DNA of 64,000 nucleotides from Leptolyngbyaceae cyanobacterium clean351 (GTDB taxonomy: Bacteria > Cyanobacteriota > Cyanobacteriia > DAIDHW01): the NCBI GenBank assembly GCA_027451865.1, contig DAIDHW010000003.1:6891-70890 (forward strand), read 5' to 3'. Both the position numbers and the translations under genes were made by a program. Within the stretch, counting starts at the first letter, position 1; each line of letters opens with the position of its first letter. Of the stretch, positions 8,984 through 17,806 are shown in pieces. Under the pieces are notes generated by a model. It did not search any database and was not told where the DNA came from. It saw only the letters and a program-made list of their open reading frames with translations.

Positions 8984-11116
8984 ATGAATGAGCTGCCCAC
9001 CAAACCATTACTCCTGAGCGCTCCGGAATACTACATTAATCGGGAGACCAGTTGGCTTGAATTTAATAACCGGGTCCTGCAGGAGGCCTACGACCCCCGT
9101 ACCCCCCTCCTAGAGCGCCTGAAGTTCCTCGCCATCTTCAGTGCCAACCTAGATGAGTACTTCATGGTCCGGGTAGCTGCCCTCAAGGAGCAGGTGGAAG
9201 CCCTTTTCAACCAGCGTACTCCCGATGGTCTAACTCCCCAAGAACAGCTCCAGGCTATCTACACTCGCCTCCAGCCGGTGGTGGTGCGCCAGCACGAGTA
9301 CTTTGAGCAGGAGATGCGGCGGCGACTAGCGGACCAGGGGATTTACCTTCTAGACTACATTGACCTGGACCAAGAACAGCGCCTCTACCTGCGCCAGTAC
9401 TTTGAAGAGCACATTTTCCCGGTCCTCACCCCCCTCGCCGTAGACCCTAGTCATCCCTTCCCCTTTATTTCTAATTTGAGTCTCAACTTGGCCGTCATTG
9501 TCCAAGAGGAAACTAGCGGTAAGGAGTACTTTGCCCGCCTGAAGGTACCCAACCTCCTGCCCCGGTTTCTGGCCCTACCGGCGGGCCTATCCCACCCCCC
9601 CGCTGGTCAACCAGCCCTCTGGAGTGGTGTCCCCCTCGAGCAGGTGATTGCCCACAACCTGGAGCCCCTGTTTCCCGGGATGCATATCCTGGAGTACCAC
9701 GGCTTCCGGGTCACCCGGGGGGCAGAGGCGGAGGTCCAGCAGTCGGAGGCGGATGATCTGCTGCAGGCCATTGAGGAGGTGTTGCGTCAACGCCGGTTTG
9801 GCGGTTCAGTGGTCCGTCTCGAGGTCCAAGCTTCCATGCCCGTGACGGTGCGGGCCCGGCTGATGGAGGAGTTAACGATTGGTGAGCAGGATGTATACGA
9901 GGTGCGGGGTATGCTCGGGCAGCGGGACCTCATTGCCCTGTGGGAGTTGCCCCTGCCCCAGTTTAAGGACCACCCCTGGTCACCAGTAGTCCCTCGGGAG
10001 TTTCAGGAAGGGGAAGACCAAGACAATCTGTTTGCGGTCCTAGACCAACGGGACCTGTTGGTGCACCACCCCTACCAGTCCTTCGCCGGTACAGTCCAGC
10101 GCTTTCTTACCCAGGCCTCCCAGGACCCGGAAGTCCTGGCGATCAAAATGACCCTTTACCGCACCTCGGGGGACTCCCCCATCGTCGATGCCCTGATTCG
10201 AGCGGCAGAGAATGGTAAGCAGGTGGCGGTGCTGGTGGAACTCAAGGCTCGCTTTGATGAGGAGAATAATATTCTCTGGGCCCGGAAGCTAGAAAAAGTG
10301 GGCGTACACGTAGTCTATGGTCTGCTGGGCCTTAAGACTCACACCAAGATCGCCCTGGTGGTGCGGCGGGAGAAGAATCGCATCCGCCGCTACGTCCACA
10401 TCGGCACCGGCAACTATAACCCCAAGACCGCCCGCCTCTACACAGACCTGGGGCTGCTGAGCAGTCAAGAAGACCTAGGGGCGGATCTTTCAGACCTATT
10501 CAATTACCTAACCGGCTACTCCCGTCAGCAAGCCTACCGGAAACTCCTAGTCGCCCCTATGAACCTGCGGGAACGGATGCTGGGGCTGATCGACCGGGAG
10601 GCCACCCACTCTCAGGGGGGGAAGGCAGGCCGGATCATCGCCAAAATGAATTCCCTAGTCGACCCTGAGGTGATTACCCACCTTTACCGAGCCTCCCAAG
10701 CGGGGGTACAGATCGACTTGATAGTGAGGGGGATCTGTTGTCTACGACCCGGGTTGGCCGGGGTGAGTGAGAATATCCGGGTTGTCAGTGTGGTAGGCCG
10801 CTTCCTGGAGCACTCCCGAGTCTTTTACTTCTACAATCAAGGCCAGGAGGAGGTGTTCATCGGCAGCGCCGACTGGATGCCCCGCAACCTCGACCGGCGG
10901 GTGGAAGCGGTAGTGCCCGTAGAAGACCAACGCCTCAGCCGCGACCTGCAGGAGATCGTCGGGACAATGCTGGCGGACAACCGCCACGCCTGGGACCTAC
11001 AGCCGGACTGCACCTACACCCAACGCCAGCCCCAAGAGGGGGAGCGGGAGCGCAGTTGCCAAGACCAGTTAATGGCCACGGCCCGGGGAGGTGTCGGAGT
11101 TGGGGAGTGGAGCTAA
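8984..11116 (+). CDS. ppk1: Polyphosphate kinase 1
   Basis: YINRETSWLEFN, VELKARFDEENNI, LKTHTK, GRFLEHSR and SADWMPRNLDRRVE. Confidence 0.97.
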   Translation: MNELPTKPLLLSAPEYYINRETSWLEFNNRVLQEAYDPRTPLLERLKFLAIFSANLDEYFMVRVAALKEQVEALFNQRTPDGLTPQEQLQAIYTRLQPVVVRQHEYFEQEMRRRLADQGIYLLDYIDLDQEQRLYLRQYFEEHIFPVLTPLAVDPSHPFPFISNLSLNLAVIVQEETSGKEYFARLKVPNLLPRFLALPAGLSHPPAGQPALWSGVPLEQVIAHNLEPLFPGMHILEYHGFRVTRGAEAEVQQSEADDLLQAIEEVLRQRRFGGSVVRLEVQASMPVTVRARLMEELTIGEQDVYEVRGMLGQRDLIALWELPLPQFKDHPWSPVVPREFQEGEDQDNLFAVLDQRDLLVHHPYQSFAGTVQRFLTQASQDPEVLAIKMTLYRTSGDSPIVDALIRAAENGKQVAVLVELKARFDEENNILWARKLEKVGVHVVYGLLGLKTHTKIALVVRREKNRIRRYVHIGTGNYNPKTARLYTDLGLLSSQEDLGADLSDLFNYLTGYSRQQAYRKLLVAPMNLRERMLGLIDREATHSQGGKAGRIIAKMNSLVDPEVITHLYRASQAGVQIDLIVRGICCLRPGLAGVSENIRVVSVVGRFLEHSRVFYFYNQGQEEVFIGSADWMPRNLDRRVEAVVPVEDQRLSRDLQEIVGTMLADNRHAWDLQPDCTYTQRQPQEGERERSCQDQLMATARGGVGVGEWS

Positions 11117-11180
11117 GCGGACTCGAACCGCTGACATCTACAATGCCATTGTAGCGCTCTACCAGCTGAGCTATAGCCCC
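11108..11180 (-). tRNA. tRNA-Ala(GGC), CCA not encoded
   Basis: GGGGCTATAGCTCAGCTGGTAGAGCG-CTACA-ATGGCAT-TGTAG-ATGTCAGCGGTTCGAGTCCGCT-TAGCTCCA forms a cloverleaf with a G3:U70 pair and anticodon GGC. Confidence 0.97.
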
Positions 11181-11677
11181 TCGCAATCGCCTTGACTATT
11201 TTCGCCCGGTTGCCCTGCCTTTGTCAAGGCAGGGGGATGGCGATGACCGTAAAAGTTAATCCGGTACTCGGTGATCTTTACCCCCGTCTGGACTTCTACC
11301 TGTCGCAGGAGGTCGGGGGGGAGCTGAATGTGAACGTCGAGAATTTGGTTAGTGTCCAGACAGTTGACGTGGCTGTGGGCATAGCTAACATTGCCGTACA
11401 GGCAGCCCTCAGAACGGTCGACCCGTTCGATGATCCCTGAGTCCGAAAGGGCTTCAAGGTTTTGGTACACGGAGGTGTGACCAATATTTTTACCCAGACG
11501 GTTCAGGTAGTCGTAGATTTCCCGGGCCGACAGGTGGATCTGCACTTGCCACAGCAGCTCCAGAATCGAGCGCCGCTGCCGACTCAGGCGCATCCCCAAA
11601 CTTTGACAGCGCTCTAGGGCCTCCTCAAGGGAGCGAATCGGCGGGGTGGGCGCACCTGGATGCGGCATGGCGGTCAA
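11171..11677 (-). CDS. furC: Fur-family regulator, FurC/PerR-like
   Basis: GMRLSRQRR..LELLW...HLSAREIY...IGHTSVYQNL...HSHVNCLDT resembles cyanobacterial FurC. Confidence 0.85.
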   Translation of the reverse strand: MTAMPHPGAPTPPIRSLEEALERCQSLGMRLSRQRRSILELLWQVQIHLSAREIYDYLNRLGKNIGHTSVYQNLEALSDSGIIERVDRSEGCLYGNVSYAHSHVNCLDTNQILDVHIQLPPDLLRQVEVQTGVKITEYRINFYGHRHPPALTKAGQPGENSQGDCEGL

Positions 11678-11821
11678 TACTCGTACCCTGTCTTGTAATT
11701 TGGATTAGTTTGGGCTAGATCCATCATAGATTACCGGACGGGGCTTTCCTGCCCCAGGACCGCCGGATTGTTAACCAACCCATAACATGGGATTAGAATC
11801 CCCGGGGGACTAGTTCGATGG

Positions 11822-11839
11822 GTTATAAACATTTGTAAA
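11822..11839 (-). promoter_or_regulatory. Putative HLR1 (RpaB-binding) direct repeat upstream of cruF
   Basis: Minus strand reads TTTACAAA-TG-TTTATAAC against consensus (G/T)TTACA(T/A)(T/A)-N2-repeat; first half exact, second half has 2 mismatches. Confidence 0.5.
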
Positions 11840-11886
11840 CTGATAGACGAGATTCGACCTGCTTTTTTCCCTCGGGAGGAGTTTCC

Positions 11887-12801
11887 ATGCCGCTACTTCT
11901 GCTATTCGAGCGCCTGTGCCTGGGAGGCCACGTCCTGGCCATGGCCTTTGGCCTGGCGGGCTTGTTATTTGTCTTGCCCCACCCCGAGTTTATTCTGGCT
12001 TTACCCCTCCCCGGTCAACTGGCCTTTCAGTGGAGCATGGCGGGGGGAGGCGTGGTCTACATTACTCTGGGGGCGGTGGCGGTGGCCCTTTACGCCTACC
12101 GGACCTTGGGGTGGCGGGGGTGGCTAACCTTCATGGTGCCGGCACTGCTCATCTCCCTGACTAGCGAGCTCCTTGGTACTAGCACCGGCTTTCCCTTCGG
12201 ACACTACGCCTACCTCAGTGGTCTGGGCTACAAAATTGCCGGGCTAGTCCCCTTCACCATTCCTCTGTCCTGGTTCTACATGGGCTTTGTGTCCTACCTG
12301 TTTGCCTGGACGGGTTTACCCTGGGGAATCCCCCGGCCCCTGCGCCTTGTGCTGACGGTGGTGACGGGAGCCTTACTGCTGACCGCCTGGGACCTGGTCC
12401 TAGACCCAGCCATGAGCCAGACGGCCTTCCCTTTTTGGACCTTTCAGGAGCCGGGGTCCTTCTTTGGCATGCCCTACCGCAACCTGGGGGGATGGCTGGG
12501 AACCGGGATGGGGTTTATTTTAGTCGGGGCACTGCTAGGGAGCTCTAACCCAGTTCAGCTCAACCGCCAGCAGTTGCTAGTCCCCCTAGTAACCTACCTG
12601 GTGAACTTCGCCTTTGGGGCAGCTATTACCCTAACTGCCCTCGACAGTCGCTTCATGGTACCTGTGGGTATAGGGGTAGGCTTGGGAGTCCTGCCGGTGC
12701 TGCTACTATGGCAAGCCGCCGACCGGCAGAGCCTGCGACGCCAAGAAGAGTTAACCGTACGGGAGGCTTCCCCTAGCTCAGTGCATGTGACGGTGAAATG
12801 A
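11887..12801 (+). CDS. cruF: Carotenoid 1',2'-hydratase CruF
   Basis: SELLGTSTGFPFGHY.YLSGLGYKIAGLVPFTIPLSWFY and WDLVLDPAM; adjacent to cruG. Confidence 0.9.
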   Translation: MPLLLLFERLCLGGHVLAMAFGLAGLLFVLPHPEFILALPLPGQLAFQWSMAGGGVVYITLGAVAVALYAYRTLGWRGWLTFMVPALLISLTSELLGTSTGFPFGHYAYLSGLGYKIAGLVPFTIPLSWFYMGFVSYLFAWTGLPWGIPRPLRLVLTVVTGALLLTAWDLVLDPAMSQTAFPFWTFQEPGSFFGMPYRNLGGWLGTGMGFILVGALLGSSNPVQLNRQQLLVPLVTYLVNFAFGAAITLTALDSRFMVPVGIGVGLGVLPVLLLWQAADRQSLRRQEELTVREASPSSVHVTVK

Positions 12802-13958
12802 ATACCCTCAGCCTCATCCTGCTAGCTCTGCAGGTACCCATGGCCGTAGTGTTGGTAAGTCGCCTTGGGCGGCCCCGCCCCCGGCCCCTGGAGCGGCGCC
12901 CTTCCCAACCCGAACACCTAGGGGCAGTCAGCGTCTTGGTGCCTACCCTCAACGAGGCGCAGCGCCTCTCCCCCTGTCTCGGGGGCTTGACTCGCCAGGG
13001 TTACGAGGTCCGGGAGGTGATCGTTGTAGACAGCCACTCCCAGGATGGCACCGGCGCTCTAGTCCTCGCTGCTGCCCACCAAGACCCGCGGTTTCGCCTC
13101 TACCACGACCCCCCCCTCCCCCCTAACTGGGTAGGTCGCCCCTGGGCCCTCCACCACGGCTGGTCCGTTAGTAGCCCGGGTAGCGAGTGGATTTTAGGTA
13201 TTGACGCCGACACCCAACCCCAACCGGGCTTGGTCGCCACTCTCCTGCAGGCAGCCCAGGCGGGCAACTACGACCTGGTCTCCCTCGCTCCCCAGTTTCT
13301 CTTGCGCTACCCGGGGGAATTTCTCCTCCAGCCAGCCCTGCTGGTAACGCTGATCTATCGCTTCGGGCCCGGTGGCGAAGACTACAGTCAGCGGGTAATG
13401 GCCAATGGCCAGTGTTTCCTGTGCCGCAGAACTCTGCTGGAGGCCTTGGAGGGTTATACCCTAGCCCGCAGGTCCTTTTGTGATGATGTGACCTTGGCCC
13501 GGCAGGCGGCCGCCCGGGGAGCGCGGGTTGGTTTTCTCGATGGCAGGGGTCTGCTTAAAGTGCGCATGTACGAGGGCGCTGCCCAGACCTGGCGGGAGTG
13601 GGGCCGCTCCCTAGACCTGAAGGACGCCTGCTCCCCCCAGCAGGGGTGGGGAGACGGCCTGTTCTTGGTGGCGGTCCAAGGGCTGCCCCTAGTCCTCACC
13701 CTAGGGCTAATGCCGCTCCTGGGCACCGGTAGCCGACCGGTGTGGAGCCTGTGGGGCTTAAACCTAGGCCTGTTAGTCCTGCGCCTCGGGGTGCTTCAGG
13801 GAATCACTCCAGCCTACGACTGGGGGGGACGCCGGGGTTGGGCCGGGCTGTTTTGGCTCTCTCCCCTAGCAGACCCGGTGGCCGTGGCACGGATTATCCT
13901 TTCCCTGGGACGCCAACCCCGGCAGTGGCGAGGGCGGCAGTACGGGGACCAGGGCTAG
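12798..13958 (+). CDS. cruG: Carotenoid (myxoxanthophyll) glycosyltransferase CruG, GT2
   Basis: VPTLNEA, WVGRPWAL, IDADT, ANGQC, SFCDDVTLAR and EWGRSLDLKDA; ATGA overlap with cruF. Confidence 0.9.
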   Translation: MNTLSLILLALQVPMAVVLVSRLGRPRPRPLERRPSQPEHLGAVSVLVPTLNEAQRLSPCLGGLTRQGYEVREVIVVDSHSQDGTGALVLAAAHQDPRFRLYHDPPLPPNWVGRPWALHHGWSVSSPGSEWILGIDADTQPQPGLVATLLQAAQAGNYDLVSLAPQFLLRYPGEFLLQPALLVTLIYRFGPGGEDYSQRVMANGQCFLCRRTLLEALEGYTLARRSFCDDVTLARQAAARGARVGFLDGRGLLKVRMYEGAAQTWREWGRSLDLKDACSPQQGWGDGLFLVAVQGLPLVLTLGLMPLLGTGSRPVWSLWGLNLGLLVLRLGVLQGITPAYDWGGRRGWAGLFWLSPLADPVAVARIILSLGRQPRQWRGRQYGDQG

Positions 13959-13993
13959 ATTTGCTACCTTAGACAAAACATCCTATTCGGATC

Positions 13994-14101
13994 ATGGTTA
14001 AAATTATTGGTCGGCGGCGACTGGGGGTCCGGCCAGTCTACGACATCGGCGTGGTTCAAGACCACAACTTCCTTCTGGCCAACGGGTTGGTAGCGGCTAA
14101 C
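13994..14101 (+). other. Split intein C-fragment (DnaE IntC, 36 aa)
   Basis: [36 protein letters not shown] followed by the CFN extein junction. Confidence 0.95.
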
Positions 14102-15334
14102 TGCTTTAACAAGTCTCACTCCACCGCCTACGGCTACGTCACTTACCAAACTGCCTACCTCAAGGCTAACTACCCCGTTGAGTACATGGCAGCCCTGTTG
14201 ACCGCCAACAGCAGTGACCAGGATAAGGTGCAAGCCTACATAGCCAGTTGTTTAAGCCTGGGAATTGGGGTTGAACCCCCGGATATTAATCGCTCCGGCG
14301 TAGACTTTACACCCTTGGCAGACCGGATCTTGTTTGGTTTGTCGGCGGTGCGTAACGTAGGTCAGGCAGCCATTGAGGCCATTTTGACTACCCGAGAGCA
14401 GCAGGGGCCCTTCAAATCCCTCGCCGACCTGTGCGACCGGGTAGATAGCCGCTCCCTGAACCGCCGAGTTTTAGAGTCCTTAATCCACTGCGGGGCCCTA
14501 GACCACCTAGAGCCGAATCGTAACCAACTAGTCCATGACCTTGACCCCCTGCTAGAGTGGGCCCAGTCCCGGGCCCGGGAGCGCTCCACCGGTCAGATGA
14601 ATTTATTTGACCTGAGCCTGGGGGGAGAAGCCAGTCCGGCCGCCCTAGAGGTAGCCCCTAAAGCCCCGCCGGTTCCAGACCTGTCCCCGGCCGACAAACT
14701 GCGCCTAGAAAAGGAACTCCTCGGCTTTTACGTCTCCGACCACCCCCTGAAGGTGCTCGAGCAGGCTGCCCGGGTGTTAGCCCCCGTCAGTCTGAGGGAG
14801 GTGGAGGGGAATCACCTAGCCTCAGACCAATTAGTGAGTGCCATCGTTATGGTCACCGGGGTGAAATTGGTCACCACCAAGAAAGGGGAACGGATGGCCA
14901 TCCTGCAGATCGAGGACTTGACAGGGCGGGCTGAGGCCGTAGCCTTTCCCAAGACCTACGAGCGCCTCGGGGAAGTCCTGCAGGCAGACCGGCGGTTGAT
15001 GGTGTGGGGCCGGGTCGACCAGCGGGATGACCAGTGCCAGTTGATCCTCGAGCGGGCCGAACCCGTTGAGGAGGTTAAGATCTTGTTTGTGGAGCTGCGG
15101 CCCCATCAGGCTCAGGATATTGAGTGCCAACACCAGTTACGCCAGGTGCTCCAGCAGAACCGGGGTGAGGAGGAACAGGCCCAGGTCCCAGTGGTGGCAA
15201 TCATTGATGACCATCAGCGTCGTTGTTTTGTGCGCTTTGGCCTCCAGCACCAGGTCAAGGACCCCCAAGCCGCGGTCAAGGCCCTCACCCAAGCCGGCTT
15301 TACTGCCCACTACAAGACCCTGACCACCGGCTGA
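13994..15334 (+). CDS. dnaE: DNA polymerase III alpha subunit, C-terminal half of split DnaE
   Basis: Begins with an intein C-fragment, then [24 protein letters not shown] and an OB fold. Confidence 0.96.
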   Translation: MVKIIGRRRLGVRPVYDIGVVQDHNFLLANGLVAANCFNKSHSTAYGYVTYQTAYLKANYPVEYMAALLTANSSDQDKVQAYIASCLSLGIGVEPPDINRSGVDFTPLADRILFGLSAVRNVGQAAIEAILTTREQQGPFKSLADLCDRVDSRSLNRRVLESLIHCGALDHLEPNRNQLVHDLDPLLEWAQSRARERSTGQMNLFDLSLGGEASPAALEVAPKAPPVPDLSPADKLRLEKELLGFYVSDHPLKVLEQAARVLAPVSLREVEGNHLASDQLVSAIVMVTGVKLVTTKKGERMAILQIEDLTGRAEAVAFPKTYERLGEVLQADRRLMVWGRVDQRDDQCQLILERAEPVEEVKILFVELRPHQAQDIECQHQLRQVLQQNRGEEEQAQVPVVAIIDDHQRRCFVRFGLQHQVKDPQAAVKALTQAGFTAHYKTLTTG

Positions 15335-15385
15335 GGAGGAGGATCGTTTTGTAATACCCTGGAAGATATTTGGAGTGCCCCAACC

Positions 15386-15985
15386 GTGGACGCGGACACC
15401 TACCAGCAGAAAATGCAACGGCGCAAACAGGTACAACAGGAGCGCCTAGCCACTAAAACCCACTCTAAGGGATTAGTAATCGTCCATACGGGCAACGGTA
15501 AGGGCAAAACGACCGCCGCCCTCGGGATGGTGTTGCGCTCCTTGGGGCATGGTTATCGGGTAGCCATTGTCCAGTTCATCAAGGGGGCTTGGGAGCCGGC
15601 GGAGAAGAGGATTTTTGCCGCCTGGGGGTCCCAGCTAGAATTTCGCGCCCTAGGGGAGGGATTTACCTGGGAGACCCAGGACCGGGAGCGGGACCGGCAA
15701 GCAGCCGAGCGAGCCTGGGAGACGGGCTTGGAATTCCTGGGTAACCCCGAATTTCAATTGGTTTTGCTTGATGAAATCAACGTTGCCCTTAAACTAGATC
15801 TATTAACGGTCGAGCAAGTGTTAGCTGGAATTGACCGCAAACCCCCAGCCTCCCATCTCATCTGTACCGGCCGTGGTGCTCCGGGAAAGCTCATTGAGCG
15901 GGCTGACCTGGTGACGGAAATGACCCTGGTTAAACACCCCTTTCGGGAGCAAGGAGTGAAAGCCCAACCGGGCATCGAGTACTAG
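15386..15985 (+). CDS. cobO: Cob(I)yrinic acid a,c-diamide adenosyltransferase
   Basis: HTGNGKGKTTAALG, QFIKG, GEGFTW, LDEIN, TGRGAP and KHPF. Confidence 0.95.
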   Translation: MDADTYQQKMQRRKQVQQERLATKTHSKGLVIVHTGNGKGKTTAALGMVLRSLGHGYRVAIVQFIKGAWEPAEKRIFAAWGSQLEFRALGEGFTWETQDRERDRQAAERAWETGLEFLGNPEFQLVLLDEINVALKLDLLTVEQVLAGIDRKPPASHLICTGRGAPGKLIERADLVTEMTLVKHPFREQGVKAQPGIEY

Positions 15986-16010
15986 GCCATCCCTACCGGC
16001 CAAGGCACCT

Positions 16011-17756
16011 ATGGAATCTGAAGCCCTCTTGCCCATCGAACAGGAACGCCTAGTCACTAGGATCGCCTGGCGGATTCGCCAGTCCTTGGACTTGGGAAAT
16101 ATCTTGGATACTACAGTAGCCGAGGTGCGTGAACTTTTGGATACGGACCGGGTAGTGGTATACCGATTTAGCACTGATTGGACGGGTGTAGTCACTACGG
16201 AAGCCGTCCTGCCCGGGTGGCCGGCCCTAATCCACCAGCAGTTTGAGGATGTCTGCTTCACCAGTAACTATATTCACCCTTACCAAGAGGGACGGGTCGG
16301 CAACATCAGCAACATTGAAAGTGCGCCCATCCAACCCTGCCATCGGGAGATGCTCCAGCGGTTTGCCGTGCGGGCCAACCTGGTGGTGCCAATTCTCCAA
16401 GGGGTAACCCTGTGGGGGCTGTTGATCCTGCACCACTGCCGGGGTCCCCGGCCTTGGACAGACTTGGAAATCAACCTGCTGCAGGATTTGGCCCTCCAGG
16501 TGGGCATTGCCATTCAACAGTCGGAACTGTACGCCCAAGTCCAGCGCCTCAATAGCACCCTGGAAACCCAAGTGCAGGAGCGCACGCGGGAGCTGCGGCA
16601 GATCCTAGAATTCACCGACGTCCTTAGCCAAATTACCCACCGAGTCCGCGATAGTCTTGACGAACGCCACGTGCTGCAAACGGCGGTAGAGGAGTTGGGG
16701 CAGGTGCTGCGGGTAGACTACTGCGGTGCTGCCCTCTATAACCTAGAGCACACCAAGGCCGTGATGCACTATGAATACCTCCGTCCCCAGGTCCGGTCCC
16801 TACTCGGGGAAGCCCTCATACTGGAGGAGTGGGGGGGAACTTTGCCACAACCGGAACAGACCCGGCTGTTGATGCCCATTCAAGATGACCGGGGAGTGCT
16901 CGGCTATCTGCTCCTAGGGCACCATAGTAACCGGGCCTTCAGCCCCTCAGAACAGCAACTAGGGCGGCAGGTGGCTAACCAGTGCGGTATCGCCCTGCGG
17001 CAGGCGCGCCTCTACCAATCTGCCCAGACCCAGGTCCAGGAGCTATCACACCTCAACCAGATGAAAGATGAGTTCCTCAGCGCTGTCTCCCACGAACTAC
17101 GCACCCCCATGACCAATATGAAATTGGCGATCCGGCTGCTGAAGTTGAACCTCGGGGAGAGGGAACTAGAAGCCCAAACTAAAGGGGAGCAGTACCTGAA
17201 AATCCTCCAGGACGAGTGTGACCGGGAAATCCACCTAATCAATAATTTGTTGGATCTGCAGCGCCTAGATTCAGGGCAGTTCACACCCCAGTGGGACCAG
17301 ATCCGGATACAAGAGTGGCTGCCAGCGGTCCTCACTCCCTTTCAGGAGCGCATCCGGGAGCGTGAACAGGGGTTTCATCTGGATTTGAGTGCTGACCTGC
17401 CCCCCTTTGTGGGGGATGTCTCTTCCCTGGAGCGGGTGATAGTAGAACTGGTGAACAACGCTTGCAAGTACACACCCAGCCAGGGCAGAATATCCGCATC
17501 TCTCTCCTGCCGAGAAGGCCAATTTCAGCTGCGTGTCTGCAACACCGGCGTGGAGATTCCCCAGGGAGAACTAGAGAAGGTTTTTGAGAAGTTTTACCGG
17601 GTTCCCAGTGCTGACCCCTGGAAACAAGGGGGGACAGGCTTGGGGTTAGCCTTGGTCCAGAAATTAGTACAGTACATGGGAGGGGAAATTTCAGTCACCA
17701 GTTCCGGCAACCAAACCTGCTTTCACGTGCACGTACCCAACCATAATCCCGGTTAG
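16011..17756 (+). CDS. GAF-GAF histidine kinase; first GAF is a DXCF-type cyanobacteriochrome domain
   Basis: DRVVVYRF...EDVCF...PCHREML..FAVRANLVVPI in GAF1; SHELRTPM H-box; GGTGLGL. Confidence 0.88.
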   Translation: MESEALLPIEQERLVTRIAWRIRQSLDLGNILDTTVAEVRELLDTDRVVVYRFSTDWTGVVTTEAVLPGWPALIHQQFEDVCFTSNYIHPYQEGRVGNISNIESAPIQPCHREMLQRFAVRANLVVPILQGVTLWGLLILHHCRGPRPWTDLEINLLQDLALQVGIAIQQSELYAQVQRLNSTLETQVQERTRELRQILEFTDVLSQITHRVRDSLDERHVLQTAVEELGQVLRVDYCGAALYNLEHTKAVMHYEYLRPQVRSLLGEALILEEWGGTLPQPEQTRLLMPIQDDRGVLGYLLLGHHSNRAFSPSEQQLGRQVANQCGIALRQARLYQSAQTQVQELSHLNQMKDEFLSAVSHELRTPMTNMKLAIRLLKLNLGERELEAQTKGEQYLKILQDECDREIHLINNLLDLQRLDSGQFTPQWDQIRIQEWLPAVLTPFQERIREREQGFHLDLSADLPPFVGDVSSLERVIVELVNNACKYTPSQGRISASLSCREGQFQLRVCNTGVEIPQGELEKVFEKFYRVPSADPWKQGGTGLGLALVQKLVQYMGGEISVTSSGNQTCFHVHVPNHNPG

Positions 17757-17806
17757 AATTACCCCATAAACTCACTACCGCCCTAGGTCTTTGCTGAGAT
17801 CCCTCC

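Noticed and set aside
11108-11180. tRNA as an integration site for an island or prophage
   Set aside because: No integrase and no duplicated tRNA 3' end were seen; the flanks are core genes.
10935-11186. 83-aa minus-strand ORF
   Set aside because: It is a translation of the tRNA-Ala gene and the antisense strand of ppk1.
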